DNA from: Acidimicrobiales bacterium
GTDB lineage: Bacteria > Actinomycetota > Acidimicrobiia > Acidimicrobiales > Bog-793
Assembly (NCBI GenBank): GCA_050015475.1
Contig: JBEKBI010000004.1
Span: 34,198 to 98,197 of the forward strand
Length of the DNA stretch: 64,000 bases
Reading direction: 5' to 3'
The translations under genes were made by a program, and so were the position numbers. The notes beneath the pieces are model-generated. The model saw only the letters and a list, made by a program, of their open reading frames with translations, was not told the origin of the DNA and ran no database searches. Positions 48,860-57,384 of this stretch are shown here, piece after piece (position 1 is the stretch's first letter; each line of letters starts with the position of its first letter).

Positions 48860-49113
48860 CCCGCGAACGGCCCGCCCAGGGTGTCGATGGGTCCGTAAGG
48901 CTCGTCCGCTTCGATGTAGCACTCTTCGTGGAAGTGGTCTACGCGGTTCCAGGCTCCATCGATGTAGATGTTCGCAATCACCTGGCGGGGATGAGTGCGG
49001 GCCGCGAATTTGATCTGTTTGCCACAGCGGACGCAGCGAACGTCGCTCCCGGGTTCGACGCCGCGCAGTACCGCCCGAGTCTCGCTCACCTGCGCGCTCC
49101 GGTGGTATCCCAT
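48856..49113 (-). CDS. Small hypothetical protein with CxxC...HxHxxC putative zinc-binding pattern
   Basis: 85 aa: ..VRCVRCGKQIKF..WNRVDHFHEECY... Its stop overlaps the GTG start of the downstream epimerase gene (GTGA), which suggests translational coupling. Confidence 0.5.
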   Translation of the reverse strand: MGYHRSAQVSETRAVLRGVEPGSDVRCVRCGKQIKFAARTHPRQVIANIYIDGAWNRVDHFHEECYIEADEPYGPIDTLGGPFAG

Positions 49114-49254
49114 GGTCTTTGTGCGGCCCGCGGTCGCAAAGCGATGCTCACACCCACACGCTAGTGCCGCGCGGGTCGTCTAGCCCGCGGAGACGACGTT
49201 GGTGGTTGCCAGCCAGAACCCGCCACATGACGGGTTCACCGTGGTCATAGGTGC

Positions 49255-50643
49255 TTGACTACGAGGGACATGCCCATTGAACACATAGTTGTCGACGGTT
49301 CCAACATCGCGACGGAAGGCCGATCTTTGCCGAGCCTCGCTCAGTTGGAACAGGCGGTTGGGGAGTTGCGGCGCGATCATCCGAATGCGGAGATCACTGT
49401 CATAGTTGACGCCACTTTCGCCCATCGGATCGATCCGTCGGAGCTGCCACGCTTTGAAGAGGCTGCCCTCAAAGGCGAGTACGTGCATCCGCCCGCCGGC
49501 GCCATAGGCCGGGGAGACGCCTTCTTGTTGCGGGTCGCCGAGAAGGTGGACGCGACGGTGCTCTCGAACGACTCCTTCCAGGAGTTCCACGGAGAGCATC
49601 CCTGGCTTTTCGAGAGGGGTCGTCTCCTTGGTGCCACTCCAGTGCCCGGCATCGGGTGGATCTTCAGTCCTCGGCAACCAGTGCGCGGGCCGCGGAGCCA
49701 CCAGGCCGTGAGAGAAACGGAATTGGCGAAGAAGCGTGTGACCAAAGCCATTGCCGTGGCTACGAAAGAAGTCGTCAAGCCCGCCGGCCAGATGCGCGGT
49801 GCGGTGAGGCCAAGACGCGGGTCGAGGAAGGCTGCGACCGAAGAGGGGGCGCAGGTCGCCAAGGATGTGGAAGCGACACGCGGTGAGGCAAAGCCGACGC
49901 CGCTCGCGGTCAACGATCCTCTCGCCTTCATCTCGTTCATCGCCGAGCACCGGCTCGGCGAGCAGTTGGAGGGCGAGGTTGAGGAGTACACGTCGCACGG
50001 AGCCGTCGTCCGCGTCGGCGAGATGCGCTGCTACATCCCGCTAGCCAATCTGGGTGACCCGGCTCCGCGCAGTGCGAGGGAGGTGCTGAAGAGGAAGCAG
50101 CAGGGTGAGTTCGTGCTCACCGCATTGGACCCGCAGCGGCGTGGAGCCGAATTGGCCCTCCCGGGGATGGCGCGCGTCTCAGGGCACCCCCGCGAGGAGA
50201 CCGTGGCGGCGGAAGTCCGCCTCGCCCGTCCGCCGCGGGCAACCGGGGCGCGAGCGGGAGCTTTGGCGCTGAGCCCGGCGAAGAAGGCGACCGCCGCGGC
50301 GAAGGCTGTTGCCCGAAAGGCGCCCGCGAAAAGGACAGCCGCAACCAAGGCGGTGGGGTCGGAGACGCCCAGAGTTAGCAAGAAGGCTGCACCGGCCAAG
50401 AAAGTCGCAGCTCGAAAAAGGGCCGCTGGAGACGAGGCGGCCGGCAACAAGACGCCAGAGCCGAAGCCTAGGAAGAAGGCGGCGCCTCCAGAGCCGACGA
50501 TCCCGCGCGTTCGGCAGGCTGCAAGCGCGCGCCGGACGGCGAAGCCGCAGGCGCCTGCCGCCAAATCAGCTGATCAGCTCGAGCCGGCCAAGGTCCAGCC
50601 TCAGGCTCGACGGTCCCCGCGGACCAAGGCGAGCACGCGATGA
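49255..50643 (+). CDS. NYN/Zc3h12a-like ribonuclease domain + S1 RNA-binding domain + Lys/Ala/Pro-rich histone-H1-like tail protein
   Basis: The N-terminus IVVDGSNIATEG..ITVIVDATFAHRI..GDAFLLRVAEKVDATVLSNDSFQEF follows the NYN/RNase_Zc3h12a pattern. The middle GEQLEGEVEEYTSHGAVVRVGEMRCYIPLANLG..GEFVLTALDPQRRGAELAL is S1-like. The tail carries AKKA/PAKK repeats. The start is uncertain (TTG 49255 or ATG 49270). Confidence 0.65.
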   Translation: MTTRDMPIEHIVVDGSNIATEGRSLPSLAQLEQAVGELRRDHPNAEITVIVDATFAHRIDPSELPRFEEAALKGEYVHPPAGAIGRGDAFLLRVAEKVDATVLSNDSFQEFHGEHPWLFERGRLLGATPVPGIGWIFSPRQPVRGPRSHQAVRETELAKKRVTKAIAVATKEVVKPAGQMRGAVRPRRGSRKAATEEGAQVAKDVEATRGEAKPTPLAVNDPLAFISFIAEHRLGEQLEGEVEEYTSHGAVVRVGEMRCYIPLANLGDPAPRSAREVLKRKQQGEFVLTALDPQRRGAELALPGMARVSGHPREETVAAEVRLARPPRATGARAGALALSPAKKATAAAKAVARKAPAKRTAATKAVGSETPRVSKKAAPAKKVAARKRAAGDEAAGNKTPEPKPRKKAAPPEPTIPRVRQAASARRTAKPQAPAAKSADQLEPAKVQPQARRSPRTKASTR

Positions 50644-51065
50644 TCCCGATCGAGGATCTCATTCCGCACAGGCCGCCTTTTCTTCTCGTCTCCGAGATCT
50701 TCGAACTGGTGCCGGCCACATCGGCACGCGGCTGTTGGCGTCTTACCGGCTCCGAGGAGTTCTTCGCCGGCCACTTCCCGTCGAACCCGGTCCTGCCCGG
50801 CGTGCTCATGGTCGAGTCGTTGGCCCAGCTCGCCGCCGCGGCCGTTCTCGCCGACGAGCGCTATCGGGACCGGCTTCCGCTTTTCGGGGGCATCGACAGG
50901 GCGCGCTTCCGCCGTCAGGTCCTGCCCGGCGAGACCTTGGATCTCGAAATCTCGATCCGTCGTCTTTCGGCACGAGCTGGGAGCGGGCAGGGCGTCGCTA
51001 GCGTTGACGGCCAGGTCGCGTGCGAAGCGGACTTGCTGTTCGTTCTCGCGCCTCGCACAGGCTGA
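50640..51065 (+). CDS. FabZ/FabA-like (3R)-hydroxyacyl-ACP dehydratase (hotdog fold)
   Basis: LIPHRPPFLLVSEI.., FFAGHFPSNPVLPGVLMVESLAQ. The ATG overlaps the upstream stop (ATGA). Confidence 0.8.
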   Translation: MIPIEDLIPHRPPFLLVSEIFELVPATSARGCWRLTGSEEFFAGHFPSNPVLPGVLMVESLAQLAAAAVLADERYRDRLPLFGGIDRARFRRQVLPGETLDLEISIRRLSARAGSGQGVASVDGQVACEADLLFVLAPRTG

Positions 51066-51076
51066 GAGGGGGACCG

Positions 51077-51862
51077 GTGAGGATTGCCACCTGGAACGTG
51101 AACTCGATCAGGGCGCGGCTCGACCGGGTCGACGAATGGCTCGAGGGGATGCAACCGGATGTTTGCTGTTTCCAGGAGACCAAGGTCGCCGATGCCGCCT
51201 TTCCAGCGGAGCGGTTCGTGGAGCGAGGTTATGAGGTCGCCCATCACGGCGACGGCCGCTGGAACGGAGTCGCCATAGCATCGCGAGTCGGACTCGCTGA
51301 TGTCGTCCGCGGCTTTTGCGGAGACGCCGGGGTCGAGGGCGCCGAGCCTCGCCTGATCAGCGCCACCTGCGGCGGCGTGCGGGTCATGAGCGTCTACGTG
51401 CCGAACGGGCGGTCGATAGAGAGCGAGCACTTCGCCGCCAAGCTGGCCTTCCTCCGCCGGTTGCGCGAGCACCTCGATGACAGCTGCAACCCGGAGGGCG
51501 CGGCCGTGCTCTGCGGAGACTTCAACGTCGCCCCGACCGATATGGACGTCTTCGACCCGGCTCACTTCGAGGGTTCCACCCACGTGACCGCCGAGGAGCG
51601 CGAGGCGCTCGCGAACGTGCTGGGCTTCGGGCTCGTCGATGTGCTCCGCGCGGCCTACCCCGACACGCCGGGGCTTTTCAGCTGGTGGGACTACCGGGCC
51701 GGGGACTTCCACGCGGGACGTGGCATGAGGATCGACCTCATCCTGGCGACGCGGATACTGGCCGCGGCCGTGGGCTCCGCCCTTGTCGACCGGAACGCCC
51801 GCAAGGGCCAGCAGCCGTCTGACCACGCGCCGGTGGTCATTGACGTCAATTATCCCTGCTGA
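51077..51862 (+). CDS. xthA: Exodeoxyribonuclease III
   Basis: From GTG 51077: VRIATWNVNSIRARL, CFQETK, GDFNVAP, YSWWDYR-like (FSWWDYR), and PSDHAPVVID at the C-terminus. Confidence 0.9.
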   Translation: MRIATWNVNSIRARLDRVDEWLEGMQPDVCCFQETKVADAAFPAERFVERGYEVAHHGDGRWNGVAIASRVGLADVVRGFCGDAGVEGAEPRLISATCGGVRVMSVYVPNGRSIESEHFAAKLAFLRRLREHLDDSCNPEGAAVLCGDFNVAPTDMDVFDPAHFEGSTHVTAEEREALANVLGFGLVDVLRAAYPDTPGLFSWWDYRAGDFHAGRGMRIDLILATRILAAAVGSALVDRNARKGQQPSDHAPVVIDVNYPC

Positions 51863-51874
51863 CGTCCTATTATC
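51841..51874 (+). promoter_or_regulatory. Direct repeat TGACGTC-N1-2-ATTATC (x2) at the xthA 3' end, upstream of the pilin-like cluster; the second copy contains a TATTAT -10-like hexamer
   Basis: TGACGTCAATTATC lies at 51841-51854 and TGACGTCCTATTATC at 51860-51874, a 19-nt register. These are AT-rich elements unusual for this sequence. The function is speculative. Confidence 0.25.
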
Positions 51875-51945
51875 TCAAAGAGGTGTTCGAGCGCTCAAGG
51901 TAGTCACACGGTGACGTTGCGCGCGAAAACCGAAGACGGTAGACT

Positions 51946-53496
51946 GTGAGGAGCGGGACGACCATGGTTGGGGGTGGGTACTTGTCATTTCACGGTCGGA
52001 GGGAATGGCAGCGCCACCGGCGCTCCGGTGTGGGACAGCCGCGCCGGAGTGGGCGGTTGACGCAACCCCGCGATGACTCCGGGTTCAGCATCGTCGAGTG
52101 CGTGGCGGCCATCGCGGTGCTGGCAATCGTGCTGGTCCCGACCATTCGCACCGTGATCTACGCGCAGCAGGCGACGAACTCCGAACGCATCCAAGGCGAG
52201 GCCGCGGCAGCCGCAACACAGGCTTTGGAGAACCTCGAGGCGGAGGTGCAACAAGGCACCATTCCCTTCGGGCACTCGACTCAGGTTGTGATGGCTGGGA
52301 CCGACCGCTTGACGGTCAACCTGGACTTCACGATCACCACGGCGGGGGCATCGAGCACGGTCTGTTCGACCGCGTCGAACGGAGCCCTGCCCGACATGTG
52401 GGTTGCGAAAGCGACCGTGTATTGGGGACCCGAGGTGAACAACGGCTGGCCCAGGATGCAAGGCGCGCCTCCGTTTACCGAGACTACCGAGTTGGCAGCG
52501 GGCGTAGCTGGGGCCCTCAGCGAGTCCGCGGGTGAGATCGCAGTACCGATCGTGAACGCAAGCGGCGCGGCCTATACGTCGAGCCCAGTGACGGTGACGC
52601 TGTCGCCGAGTTCGACCCCGTCGTCTGTGCCAACCGGGGACGTCACCTCCGGGACCGAAACTACCCAGACCGGATGTGCCGTCTTTCTGGATGTCGACCC
52701 GAGCTCTTCGCTGACCTACACCGTGTCCGTCAACAACTCGGCCAACAGTGCAGGCGGTGCCAACGGCACAGAGATAATTGACACGCTCGAGCATTCTTAC
52801 GACAACCCTGCGCAGATCGCGGCCCAAACGGGCATCACCGCCCAGATCGGTGAGCCGACATTGACCTCGCCGTTCACCGTCGGCGTGGCGGCCCCAGTTA
52901 CGGTCAGCTTCGCCACCGTCGGGAAACCGACTGTGGCGGCGGCAAGCCCGATGCCCGTCACCGTCGCGAACGACCCCGGACTCGGGACCTCTGCCGGAGC
53001 CGACGACTACGTCTTCCCGACCTTCCCTTCGGGCACCATGTACCTCTTCCCCTTCTCGGCGACCTATACGGCCTGGGCAGGTGACATGCCGAACAGCAAC
53101 CCCGGTGCCTCGGACTGCGCTTCGGCCCTCTGTTATCCGACGGCGCCCGCCTCGGCGACAGCCAGCATCTCAGCGTCGAGCTCAGCCGCCTCGTCGGTGA
53201 CGCTCCCCGTTTACGACCTGGTGCTGAAGCTTTCCACGACAATGCCTACTGGCGATCAGCTCACCGCCACCGACACCAGTTCCCCCGGCACCGTGTATAG
53301 GCTCAACGCCCCATCGGGCACAGCGGACGCTACGGGCATGCCTTTAGGGGAGTACGTGGTGGGGGACACGCTGGGCGATGCCACGAAGATTTACGTTTGG
53401 GTGGCTTACGCCGGTGTCTACTATTCGACGACCGGGATGTCGACGCCCACATCGGGAACGCTCGCCGGGTCGTCCGGCGTGCCGGTGACGATATGA
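51946..53496 (+). CDS. Large type IV prepilin-like protein (minor pilin/pseudopilin, PilV/GspI-position), Ser/Thr-rich
   Basis: Class III signal motif ..RDDSG|FSIVECVAAIAVLAIVLV with Glu at +5 (cleavage would be before F at 52084). The mature part is about 470 aa, Thr/Ser/Ala-rich with few Cys. The true start is uncertain: GTG 51946, ATG 51964, or TTG 52057 preceded by GGAG. Confidence 0.6.
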   Translation: MRSGTTMVGGGYLSFHGRREWQRHRRSGVGQPRRSGRLTQPRDDSGFSIVECVAAIAVLAIVLVPTIRTVIYAQQATNSERIQGEAAAAATQALENLEAEVQQGTIPFGHSTQVVMAGTDRLTVNLDFTITTAGASSTVCSTASNGALPDMWVAKATVYWGPEVNNGWPRMQGAPPFTETTELAAGVAGALSESAGEIAVPIVNASGAAYTSSPVTVTLSPSSTPSSVPTGDVTSGTETTQTGCAVFLDVDPSSSLTYTVSVNNSANSAGGANGTEIIDTLEHSYDNPAQIAAQTGITAQIGEPTLTSPFTVGVAAPVTVSFATVGKPTVAAASPMPVTVANDPGLGTSAGADDYVFPTFPSGTMYLFPFSATYTAWAGDMPNSNPGASDCASALCYPTAPASATASISASSSAASSVTLPVYDLVLKLSTTMPTGDQLTATDTSSPGTVYRLNAPSGTADATGMPLGEYVVGDTLGDATKIYVWVAYAGVYYSTTGMSTPTSGTLAGSSGVPVTI

Positions 53497-54182
53497 GGCC
53501 TTTCCGTCCGGCTCCGACCCAAGCCGGCGATCGTCGGTCTGTCGCATCGAGGGACGATGGGTTCACCTTCATTGAGACGTTGATAGCGCTGTTCATTTTT
53601 TCCATCATCGCGTCAGTCACCTTTGTCGTGGTCGGACAGATGCTCAGCCAGGTGAACGCCATAACCGATACCGTCTCGGGCATCCAACAGGTGGGCCAGG
53701 CCGATCAATCTTTGATTCCCTACCTTCGCGGAGTGACCTCTTTTTCTTCGGCCACGAGTACTTCGTTTGCGGCGACCAGCGACATCGGCTTTAACACGTC
53801 CACCGGGACTACGAACAGTGACGCGCTGACCGCTACGGTCACTTCTGGCACAAAGGACTCCACCATTCAAGTGTCCGTGAACGGGAACGTGCTGGGCGAG
53901 TATTACGTGATCTCGAACTCGAACACGCTTGGGTTCACTTACTACAAGGACAACGGCTCGGGAGGGCTGACGGCCTTGAACTCGGTCGCGAGCCCGACAG
54001 TGCCGACGTGCGCGCTCGGCGAGATCTCCGCGGTCGAGGTCGACATCGAATTCCTCGTCGGGCCGAAACGGGGCACCGAAGGGTTCGCCGCGGACGCGCC
54101 GTCGACGCTCCATACCATGATCTACATCAGTAATCCCGTTAACTCGTCATCTACGACGACGTCGACCACGTGTCCGGAGTGA
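53493..54182 (+). CDS. Type IV prepilin-like protein (PilW/GspJ-like minor pilin)
   Basis: The ATG overlaps the upstream stop (ATGA). Leader ..SRDDG|FTFIETLIALFIFSIIASV has Glu+5. The later LGFTYYKDNGSG...ISAVEVDIEF is reminiscent of GspJ/PilW beta-sheet motifs. Confidence 0.65.
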   Translation: MRPFRPAPTQAGDRRSVASRDDGFTFIETLIALFIFSIIASVTFVVVGQMLSQVNAITDTVSGIQQVGQADQSLIPYLRGVTSFSSATSTSFAATSDIGFNTSTGTTNSDALTATVTSGTKDSTIQVSVNGNVLGEYYVISNSNTLGFTYYKDNGSGGLTALNSVASPTVPTCALGEISAVEVDIEFLVGPKRGTEGFAADAPSTLHTMIYISNPVNSSSTTTSTTCPE

Positions 54183-54196
54183 GAAAGGTGTTCAGG

Positions 54197-56743
54197 ATGT
54201 TGGTCCGACCGTTAGCGACTGAAATCGCCACGCGAAAAGGGCGCGGGGCCGGAAGGTCCGGCCGCAAATGGGCTCGGTTGGGCCGTTCGGAGGGCGAGAG
54301 CGGCCAGGCGATGGTCATGGTTCTGATCCTCGTGGCAGTGCTGACCATTGTGCCTTTCGTGATAGCCCATGATGTGGACACCGAGTACCCGCTGCTTACG
54401 AGCGAACTCCACTTCCAGCAGGCGCAAGTCGCGGCGGAGGCGGGAGTGCAGCACTATCGCAACCTCCTCGACAACATTCCGAACTACTGGCAATACTCGA
54501 GCACAAACCTGCCGCCCTCGAATGAAACCGATACCGCTCTGGCCGCGAACGGTTGGAATTCCGTAGCCAGCAATTCGGATGAGTCGTACCACTACATTCC
54601 GAACACGAACTGCATCCTGACCACGGACTGCGCCGGCAGTTCCGACAGTGGCGATATGGTGCTGACAGTCACTGGCAGGGCGGGAACTACCGGCTACTAC
54701 TCGTATTATTCTGTTGTCGCGACGTTCAACCTGTCGGGCTTACTGAACGACTCGTACTACTCCGACTACGAGCTGCTCGACCCGCTGGTGCCGAACGAGT
54801 ATCCCACTGCCACCTATACGGACTGTACGGCCTGGGGTTCCGGTAAATGCACGGCCTCCACCACAGTGACGGTGTCCGAGACCCAGATACTGGTTCCAGC
54901 CGCGGACGACTACAGCACGATGAACATACCGGTAGCGAGCATGGACGATTCGCTCTTCATGGAGTTGTGCGGCTACGAGTCGTACCAGGAGAATGGCTAC
55001 ATCTCCAACGGGGCCACGGATGGAGCGGGCTCTATCAGCGACCCTAACGGTCCGACCTACAACGGGACAACTCCTTATTACGGGCCGTTCTACGGCGCTA
55101 CCCCGATCACGGCAGGCAGTTTTACGTTGCCGGCCGGCACCAGCTACAACCCGACGGACAGCCTCCCCGCAATAGGGGGTTCCAACCAGGACCAGGCGTT
55201 GAAGTTCACGGACCCATGCACTGAGCCGTTCAACTTCAAGGGAGGCGAGAACTTCAGCGCAACGGTCTACACGAACGATCAGCTATATACCGACACCGAG
55301 AGCGACGGAGACCCAACCTTCCTGGGCGTGCCGCCATTGGACTCCGGTGCGAGGAACAATCCCAATTTGACCTACGCGTGGAACTGGCCCGGGTCTGCGA
55401 GCAAGGTCGTCAACGGAGTCACCGAGTACTACCCGAAGGGTTGGATCGATACCGCCGGTGGTGACCCCACGGACTTGACGTATGCATCAGTGACCGGCGG
55501 CCTGCAAACTTTGCCGCAGTTCGATAGCTCCCTCAAGGCGTACGCCGACGGAGAAGATGGCAACGGCTGCCTGTTCACCGGACCGACGATGATCGAGTTC
55601 GTCAAACCAGCCGCGGCTGGAGGCCCGTCCACGATGAACGTTTGGAGTCCTCTAACCCAGTCCAATAGCGCCTACGTGAACTCGACAACGTACACGTCGA
55701 CCGCTAACTGCGGGACCTACAGCCCTTCGTCGCCTTGGCAGACGGGAGTGGCGCTCCCGCCCGACGGGGTCATCTACGTCCAGAGCGTCCCCTCGAACAC
55801 GCAGGACGCCAATTACGCGTCGAGTGCGGCTCCCAGCGGGTCGCTCTCGTCATCTTGCCCAACGACCACCTCTGGCTGGACTGCCGCCAATCCCTTCCTC
55901 TTGCCGTGTGCCGACTATGACGTGATCCAAGGCACGCCGCCCGTAGCCAACGAGTGCCTGGATCCGTATACGCCGCTGTGGTCCTCAACCTGGTTGGCGA
56001 CGCCTGCCGCGAGTCAGTGCCCGGCCGGGAACATCGGTGAGGGAGACGCCATCATCGAAGGTGAGCTGAGCGGGCAGATCACTCTCGCGAGCGACGCGAA
56101 CGTGCTGATCAGCAGGGATGTCACTTACGCGTGCGCCGATGGGACCGGGGGTGCTTCTGAGACGATCCCCGCGGCGTGCAGCAGCACCACTCAGTCTTCG
56201 GACAACATTCTTGGTGTCGCCGCGAACGACGACATCGTAGTTAGCCACCCGACGGACCAGAGCGGCAACGGGTCACCGGGCTGGGTGTCGTCCGCGCCGA
56301 TTTCCTGCGGCACGCAGGACGGTACGACCCTTACGGCAGCGATTTCATCCGGTGCGTCGGCGGCGACGCTCAACTCCTATGTCGCGCCGACCTGCGACAT
56401 GCAGAACCCGATTGCGGACATGGCCGCAGTTGCACTCGGAGGTTCGGTCGGAGTCGAAAGCTACGACCAGACGGATGCGTTCTATAGCAACGGGTCCACC
56501 TCGGGGGGTGGCTTTTATCTGAACGGCACGGACATCAGCTTCTTCCGTGGACCATTCGGTACGTTCAACAACACCGCGACCGTAACTGGGTACGAGAAGG
56601 AGCTCAGCTATGACACGCGGCTCGGTTATATCACTCCGCCGTTCTTCCTCGGCGCGATCTCATCCATCTGGGATCTGACGAGCACTGTCGTTTGCGGCAC
56701 TCAGAACGCTTATGCGACAGGATCCTGTACCCAGGTGAAATAG
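54197..56743 (+). CDS. Large PilX/GspK-like pilus-associated protein (N-terminal hydrophobic helix without Glu+5), Cys-rich
   Basis: The N-terminus ..GESGQAMVMVLILVAVLTIVPFV is followed by QQAQVAAEAGVQHYRNLL, the PilX_N-like layout. About 800 aa of Thr/Ser/Gly/Asn/Tyr-rich sequence follow, with many Cys. Segments such as GDAIIEGELSGQITLASDANVLISRDVTY and ILGVAANDDIVVS suggest beta-helix or repetitive beta structure. Start set at ATG 54197 (RBS GAGAAAGG); GTG 54170 would overlap the upstream gene. Confidence 0.5.
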   Translation: MLVRPLATEIATRKGRGAGRSGRKWARLGRSEGESGQAMVMVLILVAVLTIVPFVIAHDVDTEYPLLTSELHFQQAQVAAEAGVQHYRNLLDNIPNYWQYSSTNLPPSNETDTALAANGWNSVASNSDESYHYIPNTNCILTTDCAGSSDSGDMVLTVTGRAGTTGYYSYYSVVATFNLSGLLNDSYYSDYELLDPLVPNEYPTATYTDCTAWGSGKCTASTTVTVSETQILVPAADDYSTMNIPVASMDDSLFMELCGYESYQENGYISNGATDGAGSISDPNGPTYNGTTPYYGPFYGATPITAGSFTLPAGTSYNPTDSLPAIGGSNQDQALKFTDPCTEPFNFKGGENFSATVYTNDQLYTDTESDGDPTFLGVPPLDSGARNNPNLTYAWNWPGSASKVVNGVTEYYPKGWIDTAGGDPTDLTYASVTGGLQTLPQFDSSLKAYADGEDGNGCLFTGPTMIEFVKPAAAGGPSTMNVWSPLTQSNSAYVNSTTYTSTANCGTYSPSSPWQTGVALPPDGVIYVQSVPSNTQDANYASSAAPSGSLSSSCPTTTSGWTAANPFLLPCADYDVIQGTPPVANECLDPYTPLWSSTWLATPAASQCPAGNIGEGDAIIEGELSGQITLASDANVLISRDVTYACADGTGGASETIPAACSSTTQSSDNILGVAANDDIVVSHPTDQSGNGSPGWVSSAPISCGTQDGTTLTAAISSGASAATLNSYVAPTCDMQNPIADMAAVALGGSVGVESYDQTDAFYSNGSTSGGGFYLNGTDISFFRGPFGTFNNTATVTGYEKELSYDTRLGYITPPFFLGAISSIWDLTSTVVCGTQNAYATGSCTQVK

Positions 56744-56775
56744 GACCCCGTGTCGCCGCGGCTCTCCCGCCGCGG

Positions 56776-57384
56776 TCAGTGGACGGGCAGGCCCCAGAGG
56801 GGAAACCAGCGCTCGAGGTCGGGCTCCATCGCCAGGTCCGTAGTGAGTGTCACGCTCAACAACCGCTCGCGATCAGAATCGCGCCTTTCCTTTGTGGGTA
56901 GGGGCACGAAGGGGTAGAAGGTTCCTCGCTTGTACAGGTAAACGAGATAGGTGCCCGCCACCGTCGAGGCACCGGTGGCGGCGGTGGGGTCAGCCGCCCC
57001 GCCTGGAACGGGGGCGAAACCGAAGACTGAGCACAGCAATTGCGGTCCCCAGCCGTGCTCCTCGAGGGTGGTGTTGACGACGTGAACGTGATTCACGAGG
57101 TCCCCGAAGTCGTCATCCGCGATGACGACCCACCGGTATCCGTACGAGTCGGATTGCTCCTGGATCTTGGCCTCGTCTCCCAAGTCGAGCAGTTGCTCGA
57201 CCTCGGTGGCAGTCTCGGCGAACGGTTGCCCTGTGGCCGGCTTGAAACACACTCCGGCCTGCCCTGTCGGCCGCAGTCCTAAGGACGCTTCGAGAGTTAT
57301 CTCGGCACCGGGGAGCCCGAAGAGATGGTCAAGATCAGGCTGCGCAGGCTTGGTCCTTCCCAGGAGAACGTCGAACAGTTTCAC
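56776..57384 (-). CDS. PspA-associated protein PspAB-like
   Basis: MKLFDVLLGRTKPAQPDLDHLFGLPGAEITL..GVCFKP..YGYRWVVI..YLVYLYKRGTFYPFVP matches my recollection of the PspAB family. The GTG start overlaps the htpX stop (GTGA), and this is the last gene of the pspA operon. Confidence 0.55.
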   Translation of the reverse strand: MKLFDVLLGRTKPAQPDLDHLFGLPGAEITLEASLGLRPTGQAGVCFKPATGQPFAETATEVEQLLDLGDEAKIQEQSDSYGYRWVVIADDDFGDLVNHVHVVNTTLEEHGWGPQLLCSVFGFAPVPGGAADPTAATGASTVAGTYLVYLYKRGTFYPFVPLPTKERRDSDRERLLSVTLTTDLAMEPDLERWFPLWGLPVH

